From Macrostomum lignano (Eukaryota), in the NCBI GenBank assembly GCA_002269645.1, contig NIVC01000027.1:558001-622000 (forward strand): a stretch of DNA of 64,000 nucleotides. Reading direction: 5' to 3'. The notes below the pieces were generated by a model. The model did no database searches. It was not told the DNA's origin and worked only from the letters and a program-made list of their open reading frames with translations. The position numbers and the translations under genes were made by a program. How positions within the stretch are numbered: position 1 is the stretch's first letter; each line of letters starts with the position of its first letter. This document shows, piece by piece, positions 13,843-30,709 of this stretch.

Positions 13843-13990
13843 CAGATTAGCACCAATGCAGCGCATGCGGTGGCTACAAACAGAACCACAGCTGCCCCCA
13901 TCGGGATGGTCCACAGGGCGAGAACTGCCTCACTGTGGGCCTGATTGCTGGCGGCACCTGCTTGACAGCACGTGGGGGGGGTTTAAACAC
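13843..13990 (-). other. Possible exon encoding a transmembrane segment (unidentified gene)
   Basis: Acceptor tcccatgcag| at 13991 and donor |GTGAGT at 13842. One frame reads AVLALWTIPMGAAVVLFVATACAALVLI. Continuity with the upstream donor at about 14849 needs one extra base in the G8 run. Confidence 0.3.
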
Positions 13991-14004
13991 CTGCATGGGA
14001 GAAC

Positions 14005-14840
14005 AGGGAACACAAGGGGAATTTAGACACCTGGTGGCCAAACAGGGAACACAAGGGAATCGAGACACCTGAGCAAACAGGGAACACAAGGGAATTGAGA
14101 CACCTGGGCAAACAGGGAACACAAGGGAATTGAGACACCTGGGCAAACAGGGAACACAAGGGAATTGAGACACCTGAGAAAACAGGGAACACAGGGGAAT
14201 CGAGACACCTGGGCAAACAGGGAACACAGGGGAATTGAGACACCTGAGCAAACAGGGAACACAGGGGAATTGAGACACCTGGGCAAACAGGGAACACAGG
14301 GGAATTGAGACACCTGGGCAAACAGGGAACACAAGGGAATTGAGACACCTGGGCAAACAGGGAACACAAGGGAATTGAGACACCTGAGAAAACAGGGAAC
14401 ACAGGGGAATCGAGACACCTGGGCAAACAGGGAACACAGGGGAATTGAGACACCTGAGCAAACAGGGAACACAGGGGAATTGAGACACCTGGGCAAACAG
14501 GGAACACAGGGGAATTGAGACACCTGGGCAAACAGGGAAAACAGGGGAATTGAGACACCTGGGCAAACAGGGAACACAAGGGAATCGAGACACCTGGGCA
14601 AACAGGGAACACAGGGGAATTGAGACACCTGGGCAAACAGTGAACACAAGGGAATCGAGACACCTGGGCAAACAGGGAACACAGGGGAATTGAGACACCT
14701 GGGCAAACTGAGAACACAGGGGAATCGAGACACCTGGGCAAACAGGGAAAACAGGGGAATTGAGACACCTGGGCGAACAGGGAACGCAGGGGAATTGAGA
14801 CACCTGGGCAAACAGGGAACACAGGGAAATTGAGACACCT
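14005..14840. repeat. 35-bp minisatellite, array 2 (same family as 11414-11823), with a 210-bp higher-order duplication
   Basis: Visible tandem units. The variant unit CACCTGAGAA recurs at 14171 and 14381. Confidence 0.95.
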
Positions 14841-15323
14841 AGAACAGCTAAAAGATGCAATATCCTACCTTGAGCAGATCTCTGTCCACCAAAATATTGC
14901 TCCATCACATGAGCTTAGATTTTTGTTCGAACAGTAGAAATAATTTTCCCAGTGAAAAGAAAGTCAGCTTCGAGCGTGCCAGACTGTTTCCCGCTCTCAT
15001 AACGCAGACCCACAGTGCACAGATGCAGTACAAGAATTACAGAATTAGTTGCAGCCTATAGGAGGGACAAACAGAAAATCTTGCCAATCAAAATTCACAA
15101 GGCAGCTGTTCCATAGCTGGGGATTGTGTAGAGTTAGTGAGGATTTCCTTGTCTGCTTGCATAGCATACTGAGCGATGTGCAGAGAATGCAAAGCCAATT
15201 CTTTCGAGGCGTTGCTATACATGTACATGTATATATTAGAAAATGTAAATTGCATTTGAGCAATGGAGCTCTTTCAGATAAGGGTGGTGAATCTATGAAA
15301 GGAGTTGAGAGCGATTATAGTAG

Positions 15324-15465
15324 AGGGGGTGAGAGTAAGATTGAGACTGGTGGAGGGGTGAGAGTAAGATTGAGACTGGTGGAGGGGTGAGAGTAAGATT
15401 GAGACTGGTGGAGGGGTGAGAGTAAGATTGAGACTGGTGGAGGGGTGAGAGTAAGATTGAGACTG
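15324..15465. repeat. 29-bp minisatellite (GAGTAAGATTGAGACTGGTGGAGGGGTGA), left part, interrupted by the retrotransposon
   Basis: The same unit resumes at 20840. Confidence 0.93.
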
Positions 15466-16013
15466 GGGGGCAAACGGCAACTTAAACCGAGGGACTCTGT
15501 GACATCCGCCAGCTTTTCGTTTTTCGAGGAGGCTCTTCCCCCTCCTTTTCGTTCTGGCCTGGCGTGGAAGCGGCTAGCTTCCTCGTCTTGGTCTGCTGGT
15601 GGGGACGGATCCCCCCTGCTGCTTTTTTGCGGGGCAGGTGGCTGCTAAGTAGTTGGCTGCTGGCTAAGCGCCAACTACCCATCGACAGCCCTTAGTTGCA
15701 ACTGGTACCACACGGGTTCTCGAGGGCCGCTCTTGTGGGGGAGGGCTCGGGCGTCGGCTGTCAACTCGACCTGGCGCCTGTGTCCCAAGCCCACAGCCGG
15801 CCTCCCGCCCCCTGATCTTGCAGAGTGTGGACCGGGGGCCTGCCGTAGCCTCGCCTGGGAGCAATCCTGGGATAAGACGGCAACCCAAAGCTTCTCTGCT
15901 GTTTACCGTGGCAGAGGGTAGCTCCACGGAGCTGGCTGGGGGTATATCCAGTCCCCGAGCGGTTACCCCCCCTCTTTTCTACATTTCAGTTTTTCCATTT
16001 CAGCCTACTCTGC

Positions 16014-20752
<4,739 letters not shown>

Positions 20753-20839
20753 TCCTTGTGCTCTTTTACCTTGGGGTTGCGATAGGGGCCTCGCGGCCTA
20801 TTCGCGGCGCCTGCGCCCCCCGTCAGTAGTAAGTAAGTA

Positions 20840-21290
20840 AGTAAGATTGAGACTGATGGAGGGGTGAGAGTGAGATTGAGACTGGTGGAGGGGTGAGAGT
20901 AAGATTGAGACTGATGGAGGGGTGAGAGTAAGATTGAGACTGGTGGAGGGGTGAGAGTAAGATTGAGACTGGTGGAGGGGTGAGAGTAAGATTGAGACTG
21001 GTGGAGGGGTGAGAGTAAGATTGAGACTGGTGGAGGGGTGAGAGTAAGATTGAGACTGGTGGAGGGGTGAGAGTAAGATTGAGACTGGTGGAGGGGTGAG
21101 AGTGAGATTGAGACTGGTGGAGGGGTGAGAGTAAGATTGAGACTGATGGAGGGGTGAGAGTGAGATTGAGACTGGTGGAGGGGTGAGAGTAAGATTGAGA
21201 CTGATGGAGGGGTGAGAGTGAGATTGAGACTGGTGGAGGGGCGAGAGTGAGATCGAGACTGGTGGAGAGGCGAGAGTGAGATTGAGTCAA
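20840..21290. repeat. 29-bp minisatellite, right part
   Basis: Visible tandem units. Confidence 0.95.
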
Positions 21291-21296
21291 AGAAAA

Positions 21297-22320
21297 AGGT
21301 GAGATTGAGTGAATGATAAAAGGTGAGATTGAGAGTCGATGATAAAAGGTGAGATTGAGAGTCGATGATAAAAAGTGAGATTGAGTGGATGATAAAAGGT
21401 GAGATTGAGTCGATGATAAAGGTGAGATTGAGTGGATGATAAAAAGTGAGATTGAGAGTCGATGATAAAAAGTCAGATTGAGTGGATGATAAAAGGTGAG
21501 ATTGAGTCGATGATAAAGGTGAGATTGAGTGGATGATAAAAGGTGAGATTGAGAGTCGATGATAAAAGGTGAGATTGAGAGTCGATGATAAAAGGTGAGA
21601 TTGAGTGGATCATAAAAGGTGAGATTGAGGGGATCATAAAAGGTGAGATTGAGTGGATCATAAAAAGTGAGATTGACGGAATCATAAAAGGTGAGATTGA
21701 GGGGATCATAAAAGGTGAGATTGAGTGGATCATAAAAAGTGAGATTGACGGAATCATGAAAGGTGAGATTGAGGGGATCATAAGAGGTGAGATTGAGTGG
21801 ATCATAAAAGGTGAGATTGAGGGTATTATAAAAGGTGAGATTGAGGGGATCATAAAAGGTGAGATTGAGTGGATCATAAAAGGTGAGATTGAGTGGATCA
21901 TAAAAGGTGAGATTGAGTGGATCATAAAAGGTGAGATTGAGTGGATCATAAAAAGTGAGATTGAGTGAATCATAAAAGGTGAGATTGAGTGGATCATAAA
22001 AGGTGAGATTGAGGGGATTATAAAAGGTGAGATTGAGGGGATCATAAAAGGTGAGATTGAGGGGATCATAAAAGGTGAGATTGAGTGGATCATAAAAGGT
22101 GAGATTGAGTGGATCATAAAAGGTGAGATTGAGTGGATCATAAAAAGTGAGATTGAGTGAATCATAAAAGGTGAGATTGAGTGGATCATAAGAGGTGAGA
22201 TTGAGGGGATTATAAAAGGTGAGATTGAGGGGATCATAAGAGGTGAGATTGAGGGGATCATAAGAGGTGAGATTGAGGGGATCATAAGAGGTGAGATTGA
22301 GGGATCATAAGAGGTGAGAT
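21297..22320. repeat. 24-bp minisatellite (GAGTGGATCATAAAAGGTGAGATT)
   Basis: Visible tandem units. Confidence 0.95.
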
Positions 22321-23108
22321 TGAGGGGATTATAAAAGGTGTAGCAGTGAAGCTGCAGGTTAAAAAGAGATTACATAAGAGGCGGCTCCTTGAAGAGTGAC
22401 TGACACAAGTCGTTCCCCAAGAGACGATGGTGAGACGTGAGTGCATGTTGAGAGAGCAAAGCAATATTGCAGTTAAATGCAGACTAATTTCCCAAAAGCA
22501 AACAGCGTGTGAGAGAGAGTGTGAACGAGAGAGTGAAAATTGCTTTTCACAAAAGAAGTAGCTCGTAACAAGCAATAGAAAACCAACCCAGAGGCTAAAA
22601 AAGGGGATTGGAGAAACACTTGGCAGATCGGGCAGTCATTCATCAACTTCATGCAGCCTTTGACTTCAGCAATTGAAGGGCTGGCAAACCGCCTCGCTTT
22701 TCTACTGGCTTGAGGATCAAAGGAAATGCGTAATTAGAAACCAGCGAACACACATGTGGTGCACAGCTAGCGTAATAGCCTGTATACAATGGGAATTGAA
22801 GCAGCCAGTATACGAACTATCTTCTAATTACGAGCGTACTTTAGTAGATAAATTAATTATAAAGATTAGAAACAAGAAAAGTAACTTTATTGCTAATATT
22901 ACCAATTAATTAGTCAATGCAACAACGTCGTATAAAAAAGTTATATTTATTTGTACATATTCCAGCTGCTACTTATGGAGACTACTAACAGTAGGCTTGC
23001 ATGCAATTTACTTTAGAAAGTACAAAAAGAAGATTAAAGGAACAATTATTATACAATAGTATTAACAAGGTGATACTTAAATTTTACTAATAGGACGCTT
23101 CTCTCCAG

Positions 23109-23885
23109 GTGGATTATCGGGACGATTCTCTCACAGTGAATTATCGGGGCGATTCTCCCACAATGGATTATCGAGGCGATTATCTCAGAGTGGATTATCG
23201 GGGCGATTATCTCAGAGTGGATTATCGGGGCGATTATCTCACAGTGGATTATCGGGGCGATTCTCTCTCAGTGGATTATCGAGGCGATTATCTCAGAGTG
23301 GATTATCGGGGCGATTATCTCACAGTGGATTATCGGGGCGATTCTCTCTCAGTGGATTATCGAGGCGATTATCTCAGAGTGGATTATCGGGGCGATTATC
23401 TCAGTGGATTATCGGGGCGATTCTCTCTCAGTGGATTATCGGGGCGAGTCTCTTACAGGGGATTATCGGGGACGGGGAGATTCTCTCACAGTGGATTATC
23501 GGGGACGGGGAGATTTTCTCACAGTGGATTATCGGGGACGGGGAGATTCTCTCACAGTGGATTATCGGGGACGGGGAGATTCTCTCACAGTGGATTATCG
23601 GGGACGGGGAGATTCTCTCACAGTGGATTATCGGGGCGATTATCTCACAGTGGATTATCGGGGCGATTATCTCACAGTGGATTATCGGGGCGATTATCTC
23701 ACAGTGGATTATCGGGGCGATTATCTCACAGTGGATTATCGGGGCGATTATCTCACAGTGGATTATCGGGGCGATTATCTAACAGTGGATTATCGGGGCG
23801 ATTATCTCACAGTGGATTATCGGGGCGATCATCTCACAGTAGATTATCGGGGCGATTATCTCACAGTGGATTATCGGGGCGATTC
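23109..23885. repeat. 27-bp minisatellite (GTGGATTATCGGGGCGATTATCTCACA), just 3' of the MED23 stop
   Basis: Visible tandem units. Confidence 0.95.
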
Positions 23886-23929
23886 TCCCTAAGTCACCGG
23901 GAGCCAGTCTTCAGACTGAGCTTTTAGAC

Positions 23930-24280
23930 TCAGTTTTCAGACTGAGCGGGAAAGTTAGGCGCATCGGCCGGTCCGTCAGGCTGGTGACCCGGCGCGATGG
24001 ACCGTAGTCGGCTCTGCATGGAAGGGCTCAACCGCTCGATGACACTGGAGGCGACTCGACGAACCCCGTCGCCGACAAACATGTACTTGATGTGATAGAA
24101 ATAGTCGGCTAGGGCGTCCTGGTGCTCAAGACGGCCGGAGCAGGCGGCGTCCACCTCAGCCAGACAGTGGTAGAGCTCGGCCACCAGCTCGTTCTGCACT
24201 GAATTGCAGGCCCGGAGCAGATCGGCGAATAGGGGGCCGATGAGGTGGCAGGACAGCAGCAGCTGGGCCTCGCAGCGGAC
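23930..24280 (-). CDS. MED23: Mediator subunit 23, exon 14 (last)
   Basis: Acceptor cccgcag|GTC. EAQLLLSCHLIGP...DYFYHIKYMFVGDGVRR..IERLSPSMQSRLRSI matches the MED23 C-terminus (FLYHMKYMFTGDSVK..LKPALKLRLRFI). Confidence 0.93.
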   Translation of the reverse strand, partial: VRCEAQLLLSCHLIGPLFADLLRACNSVQNELVAELYHCLAEVDAACSGRLEHQDALADYFYHIKYMFVGDGVRRVASSVIERLSPSMQSRLRSIAPGHQPDGPADAPNFPAQSEN

Positions 24281-24309
24281 CTGCGGGTTTTTGGTTGGGG
24301 ATTGGTGGC

Positions 24310-25040
24310 AGGTGAATATGGGATTCTGGGATTATTGGGGTATGGGATATGGGATTCTGAGGGTATGGAATCTGGGATTCTGAGGGTATGGGATTCTTGG
24401 GGTACGGGATCTGGGATTCTGAGGGTATGGGATTCTTGGGGTACGGGATCTGGGATTCTGAGGGTATGGGATTCTTGGGGTACAGGATCTGGGATTCTGA
24501 GGGTATGGGATTGTTGGGGTACGGGATCTGGAATTCTGAGGGTTATGGGATTCTTGGGGTACGGGATCTGGGATTCTGAGGGTATGGGATCTGGAGATCT
24601 GGGATTCAGGGTCTGGGATTCCTGGGGTACGAGATCTGGGATTCTGAGGGTTATGGGATTCTTGGGGTATGGAATCTGGGATTCTGAGGTTATGGGATTC
24701 TTGGGGTACGAGATCTGGGATTCTGAGGGTATGGGATTCTTGGGGTATGGAATCTGGGATTCTGAGGGTATGGGATTCTTGGGGTACGAGATCTGGGATT
24801 CTGAGGGTATGGGATTCTTGGGGTATGGAATCTGGGATTCTGAGGGTATGGGATTCTTGGGGTACGAGATCTGGGATTCTGAGGGTATGGGATTCTTGGG
24901 GTATGGAATCTGGGATTCTGAGGTTATGGGATTCTTGGGGTACGGGATCTGGGATTCTGAGGGTATGGGATTCTTGGGGTACGGGATCTGGGATTCTGAG
25001 GGTATGGGATTCTTAGGGTACGGGGTTTTTGATTCTGGGA
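24310..25040. repeat. 39-bp minisatellite in MED23 intron 13
   Basis: GGATTCTGAGGGTATGGGATTCTTGGGGTACGGGATCTG units. Confidence 0.93.
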
Positions 25041-25090
25041 TTTAAATCGTAGGATCTAACAGTTAAAAATATGACAGTTACGGGAGTCAC

Positions 25091-25286
25091 CTTAGCCCTA
25101 ACACTGTGCCTGAAGAACACTGGCAGTTGGGCGACTCTGCCAGGTCCAGCGTGGCTGAGGTAGGCGAACCACAGGCAAACCTCTGGCCGACTGGCCAACT
25201 CGTGTCCGAGAGCTTTGTGGGGCGCCGCTCCGGACAGCTGATCGTACAGAGCCAGCAATGGCTGCTGCACCAGGCGAGTTGTGAAC
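25091..25286 (-). CDS. MED23: MED23 exon 13
   Basis: cccacag|G ... AAG|GTGACT, phase 2 to 0. LWFAYLSHAGPGRVAQLP aligns with AVWHHSSIGQLSLIP. Confidence 0.85.
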
Positions 25287-25379
25287 CTGTGGGGTCGGGG
25301 CAGAGACAAAGAGAGACAATCTAATGAATGGAATTGTGACAAAGTTAGGTATTTTTATACTACTTACAATGAACTACTA

Positions 25380-25840
25380 TTCCACCTCACAATGACCTCA
25401 TTTGACCCTAAAGAGTCGTAGGCTACTTATCTACCTCACAATGACCTCACAATGACCCCAATAGTCGAAGGCTACCATTTAATCTCACAATTACCGCATT
25501 TGACCCTAAGAGTCGTAGGCTACCATTTCAAGTCATGACCTCATTTGACCCCAAGAGTCATGGGCTACTGATCTACTTCACAATGACCTCATTTGACCCC
25601 AGGAGTCGTAGGCTATACTATTATTCCACCTCAAAATGACCTCATAGGACCCCAAAAGTTGTAGTGACCTCATTTGATCCCAAAAGTTGTAGTGACCTCA
25701 TTTGACTCCAGGAGTGGCAGTGACCTCATTTGACCCCAAGAGTGGTAGTGACCTCATTTGACCCCAGGAGTGGTAGTGACCTCATTTGACCCTAGGAGTC
25801 ATAGGCTACAATTCCACCTCACAATGACCTCACTTGACCC
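25380..25840. repeat. Degenerate repeat of about 29 bp (ATGACCTCATTTGACCCC core) in MED23 intron 12
   Basis: Visible recurring core. Confidence 0.85.
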
Positions 25841-25864
25841 CACTATCTATCCCAAAGCACCAAC

Positions 25865-26809
25865 CTGGCAGGCATCTGAGCCAGCAGTAGTCCAGCGCTT
25901 TGCCAATCCAATTTGTCAACTTCGTCCTCATCAGCATCCTCAGACTCTTCGCCACCACCTTCGTCGTCTTCCTCGCCGTCGCCGCCATCGTCGGCATCAA
26001 GAAACGCGTCCTGCTCAGCCTCCAATCTGGCCTTCTTCGCTGCAGCGCCGCCATCACTCTGCCTATTGGAATGCGGCTTGGACTTCGACGACAGAATGAA
26101 GCCAGAGGACAACCCGGCAGTTCTTGGCGGCATCACCGGAGCCGGCAGGTCAACCGGGCACAGCAGCAGCTGCAAGGCGCAGCAGTTCACCGCATGGGAG
26201 CAGCTTGAAGGCCACTCGTGACCGAACCAGTCCAGCTGAGGGAAGCCCCGCCGGCCGTGGCTGCTCAGGGCGAGCGACAGGCGGTTCAGCGCCGCCTCAG
26301 GCGGGCCGATGCAGCTGAGCCAATCGGAGGAGCTGGCCTGAGCAGCTGGGGCCGGCAGGCTGGGAGAGGCCAGCAGGGATTTGAAGAACGGCAGGCAGTC
26401 AGACGGCAGGTAGGCCCCATCAGCGGCAGCCTCCATGCGAGGCGCTAAAAGTGCAGCGGCTAGGTAGAGCCGGAGAGGCGCTGGCGGGTCGTAAACAGAC
26501 AGCAGGCTGATCAGACAGGTGCCAGGCGCTGGCATATGGCGCAGGAATGGCGCCAGAGTGGCGCTCAACAAGGCGCAAGAGTCTGGCGGCTGCAGTTGAA
26601 CCAGCCTAGCAAGTGCCGTGTCCATCAGCAGGGCAACGCGGATGGCGGCATGGGAGTACAGACTGGCTGAGCTGCTGCTGCCGCCTGGGGTGTCGTCATA
26701 GACTTGGCGCAGCTGCGACACCAGCGCTGACAGGCTGCCGTTGGCGCCACCGCTTGGCGGGAAGCTGCGGGCGGTTGGGAGCAGAAGGGGGGGTTGAGCG
26801 GGTTGCAAT
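25865..26809 (-). CDS. MED23: MED23 exon 12
   Basis: gatgacag|A ... AG|GTTGGT, phase 2 to 2. FPQLDWFGHEWPSSCSHAVNCCALQLL aligns with FPNCDWRFNEFPNPAAHALHVTCVELM. Confidence 0.87.
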
Positions 26810-26959
26810 CTGTCATCAAGTCAGCCTGAAGTCTTTGATTTATGATAAGGTTACATGTTATTAGGCTAGGCTAATGACCTTATAGACTGCTAGGGTCAAA
26901 TTGGCGTCATATTAGCATGCAATCATTATCAGCTTAGAGATCTAATCAACTAGATATGT

Positions 26960-27260
26960 TTAGGGTCATTAGGGTTGATTAGGGTCATGAGATATCAGAT
27001 TAGGGTCATGAGATATCAGATTAGGGTCATGAGATATTAGATTAGGGTCATGAGATATTAGATTAGGGTCATGAGATATTAGATTAGGGTCATGAGGTAT
27101 CATTTAAGGTCATGAGGTATCATTTAGGGTCATGAGGTATCATTTAGGGTCATGAGGTATCATTTAGGGTCATGAGGTATCAGTTAGGGTCATGATGTAT
27201 CATTTAGGGTCATGAGGTATCATTCAAGGTCATGGGGTAACATTTAGGGTCATGAGGTAT
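26960..27260. repeat. 20-bp minisatellite (TAGGGTCATGAGGTATCATT) in MED23 intron 11
   Basis: Visible tandem units. Confidence 0.9.
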
Positions 27261-27330
27261 CAGCTTAGCTGGATAAGCATCAGCTTGGTCATGAGCTATC
27301 TGAGCAAGCTCATGCCAGCAGTAGAGCTAC

Positions 27331-27878
27331 CTGTTGAGCACAGGCACGAGGCCAGCCATAGGGCTGTTAGGAGTGTCAGCCGACAGCAGATGCCGCAGAA
27401 CTCGAAATGCAGCCAACTCCAGGCGACGCTCAGCAAAAGGCCGCATCAGCAGCACCAGCAGCAGCCGGTGCAACGGGAACAGCCGGTGGGTGTACACCAG
27501 ACTAGTCACGTGATGCAGAGCCGAAACCTCGGCATTGTCGGCCGCGCTAGCGACTTCCCTGGTGAGCAGGTCGCAGAAGATGCGCAGATGCGGCAGGGCG
27601 CCCTTTGGCCCGAGGCTCTCCTGGACTCGAGCGAACAGCTGGGCCGCTGGAAGGTCGCCGCCGCGCTCCCGCAGGCAGCTGAGCGCCACCCAGTACAGGC
27701 AGCCAGCTGAGGGGTCGCTTAGCTGGGCCTCATCGCACTGGCCCTCCTGCAGGATGCGCTGGCTCAGGCGGGTGGCCAGCTCGGCTGAGCCGGTCAGCTG
27801 ATGCGACTGACGCTCAGCTGAGGGCACCGAGATTCTGTCCGGGCTGGCCAACAGGCGCGGCTGCATGGAGATCGGCAC
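27331..27878 (-). CDS. MED23: MED23 exon 11
   Basis: ccccag|GTG ... AG|GTAGCT, phase 0 to 2. LGPKGALPHLRIFCDLL and FPLHRLLLVLLMR align with IGARALVAHVRTFADFL and VTLDRLILCLAMR. Confidence 0.88.
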
Positions 27879-27909
27879 CTGGGGTGGGTGGGAATGAGGA
27901 ATGTGAAGG

Positions 27910-28582
27910 TTATGGGATTTGGGACTATGAAATATGGGATTTGAGGCTATGGGATATGGGATTTGAGGCTATGGGATATGGGATTTGAGGCTATGGGATA
28001 TGGGATTTGAGGCTATGTGATATGGGATTTGAGGCTATGGGATATGGGATTTGAGGCTATGGGATATGGGATTTGAGGCTATGTGATATGGGATTTGAGG
28101 CTATGGGATATGGGATTTGAGGCTATGGGATATGGGATTTGAGGCTATGGGATATGGGATTTGAGGCTATGGGATATGGGATTTGAGGCTATGTGATATG
28201 GGATTTGAGGCTATGGGATATGGGATTTGAGGCTATGGGATATGGGATTTGAGGCTATGGGATATAGGATTAGAGGCTATGGGATATGGGATTTGAGGCT
28301 ATGGGATATGGGATTTGAGGCTATGGGATATGGGATTTGAAGCTATGGGATATGGGATTTAAGGTTATGGGATATGGGATTGAGGCTATGGGATATGGGA
28401 TTTGAGGCTATGTGATATATGATTTCAGGTTATGGGATATGGGATTTGAGGCTATAGGATATAAGATTTAAGGTTATGGGATATTGGATTGAGGCTATGG
28501 GATATGGGATTTGAGGCTATGTGATATATAATTTCAGGTTATGTGATATATGATTTCAGGTTATGGTACATGGGATTTGAGG
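27910..28582. repeat. 22-bp minisatellite (GGGATATGGGATTTGAGGCTAT) in MED23 intron 10
   Basis: Visible tandem units. Confidence 0.94.
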
Positions 28583-28835
28583 CATGTGTCCTTGAGCAAG
28601 ACACTGTTAACTCTGCACTGCTTCAGTTCACCCAGCTGTAGAATGGGTGCCATGGGTGCCCTGACCCTCCAGTCCTTAGACTGAACAGTCGTATGCAGCC
28701 TTCAGTTACGCCGCGCAATCGAAGTTATCAATTATACTGGGACTTATTACTGGGATTAAGCACATAATGATTTACGAGTACTATTGGTTAGCAAGAGATG
28801 AATACTTATAGATGCTATAAAAGTTCATCTTGTAC

Positions 28836-29021
28836 CAGGCATGCAGCCGAGCACTTCTGAAACAGCGGCTGAACAAAGTCGGATAGCAGCAGGCCGTCAG
28901 GATCTGCTTGCTGGTGAATCAGCTGGTGATTGATCTGCAGCAGTAGGTATTTATTCAGCTCCTCCTGGTCGCTGCCGCAGATCCAAGCCACGTACAGCTT
29001 CTTCACGTGGTTGTTGGTGAC
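28836..29021 (-). CDS. MED23: MED23 exon 10
   Basis: ccccag|GTC ... CTG|GTACAA, phase 0 to 0. QEELNKYLLL aligns with SEELNRALIL. The donor is weaker than the others. Confidence 0.8.
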
Positions 29022-29144
29022 CTGGGGGTGGGGGCGGAGTTGTACGGTTTAGTGGACTGCATTGTAACCCATTGCCTACCTGTCTGTTAATGGTAACTAG
29101 TAGTCTATCTACTACTACCCATTGTGCCCCTAATATAACCATAT

Positions 29145-29725
29145 TTATCCCTCATCTACCCTTTATATCCCTCATCTACCGATTACATCCCTAATCTACC
29201 AATTATACTCCTAATCTACCTATTATAGCTTTAATCTACCTATTATATCTTTAATCTACCTATTATATCTTTAATCTACCCATTATATCCCTAATCTACC
29301 CATTATATCCCTAATCTACCCATTATATCCCTAATCTACCCATTATATCCCTAATCTACTCATTTATATCTCTAATCTACTCATTATATCCCTACCCTAA
29401 TCTACTCATTATATCCCTAATCTACTCATTATTATCCCTAATCTACTCATTATATCCCTAATCTACCCATTATATCCCTAATCTACTCATTATTATCCCT
29501 AATCTACCCATTATATCATATAATCTACCCATTATATCATATAATCTACCCATTATATCATATAATCTACACATTATAGCCTTTATCTATCCAATATATC
29601 AATAATATAGCCATTATATCCTTAATCTACCCATTATTTAGCAAATCTACTCATGATATACCAAATCTACCCATTATATCCCCAATCTACCCATTCTATA
29701 CCAAATCTACCCATTATATCCCTAA
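29145..29725. repeat. 20-bp minisatellite (ATCCCTAATCTACCCATTAT) in MED23 intron 9
   Basis: Visible tandem units. Confidence 0.92.
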
Positions 29726-29773
29726 TCCATCAACTATCTAACCCATCCACCCAACTCCCAGCCCACAACCAAC

Positions 29774-30220
29774 CTGCAGAGCGGGAGTGAGCAAGGCCTG
29801 AGCCTGCCTATACAAGCACAGCTCAGTGTCCAGCCCCAGCCGGTTAGCCTTGGCCAGAGTGACCAGGTTCTGCAGTAACAGGTGCCTCTGCATGGGTTCA
29901 ACGCTGTTCAAGTGATAGGTAGCTAGCTCGAACACAAAGGCCAACACTCTGCTTCCACCAGTGTTGCCAGCCTTAGTGAAGGCCTCCGTGAGTACAGATT
30001 TAGGCTGCAAATTCAAATCGTGATGCATGAGCACAGTGATCCTGGCGTACGTGTCCAGCACCACGGGACTGTCGGCATGGGTTGACAGCAGGTTGTACAG
30101 CAGACTGTTGATAGCCAGCAGTGACATTGTGGCTAACTGGCGTAGGCTGGAGTAAGATGGAGCAATGGCGTCTGATTGTTTGAGCGCTTCTACCAGCTTG
30201 GAGTTGAGCGGGCTGACCAC
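29774..30220 (-). CDS. MED23: MED23 exon 9
   Basis: cccgcag|GTG ... CAG|GTTGGT, phase 0 to 0. VLDTYARI and FELATYHLNSVEPMQRHLLL align with LVETYSRL and LEMFSYRMHHIQPHYRVQLL. Confidence 0.88.
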
Positions 30221-30414
30221 CTGCGGGTCATAGGGTCATGGTCTATGATTGTGCGATCATACACTTTTCGGAACTTTGGATGAATGATTTTGGAATCATG
30301 CGATATTAACATAGGGTCATGGAATAACGGAGATCAGTAAGACTTCAAAAAATGCGATTGAGAATGAGAATAGGACCATGTGACCCTGCAGAATATAATT
30401 ATGGGATCATAAGA

Positions 30415-30640
30415 GAATGTGATCATAGTCATAGAGAATGGGATCATAGGGTCATAGAGAATGGAATCATAGGGTCATAGAGAATGGAATCATAGGGTCA
30501 TAGAGAATGGAATCATAGGGTCATAGAGAATGGAATCATAGGGTCATAGAGAATGTGATAATATTGTCATAGAGAATGGGATCATAGGGTCATAAAGAAT
30601 GGGATCTAAGTCATAGAGAATGGAATCATAGTCATAGGGA
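30415..30640. repeat. 23-bp minisatellite (GTCATAGAGAATGGAATCATAGG) in MED23 intron 8
   Basis: Visible tandem units. Confidence 0.9.
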
Positions 30641-30709
30641 ATATGATCATAGTCACACGCACGTAATGGGATTAGGGGATCAATGGGAAAACATCCCAGC
30701 GCTACAAAC

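Noticed and set aside
11216-14908. Cys-rich repeat ORFs; CRISPR-like regular spacing
   Set aside because: Pure tandem 35-mers with no unique spacers, no cas genes, and a eukaryotic context.
15482-15682. Antisense ORF at the LINE 5' end (ORF0-like)
   Set aside because: Short, no clear start, no recognisable motif.
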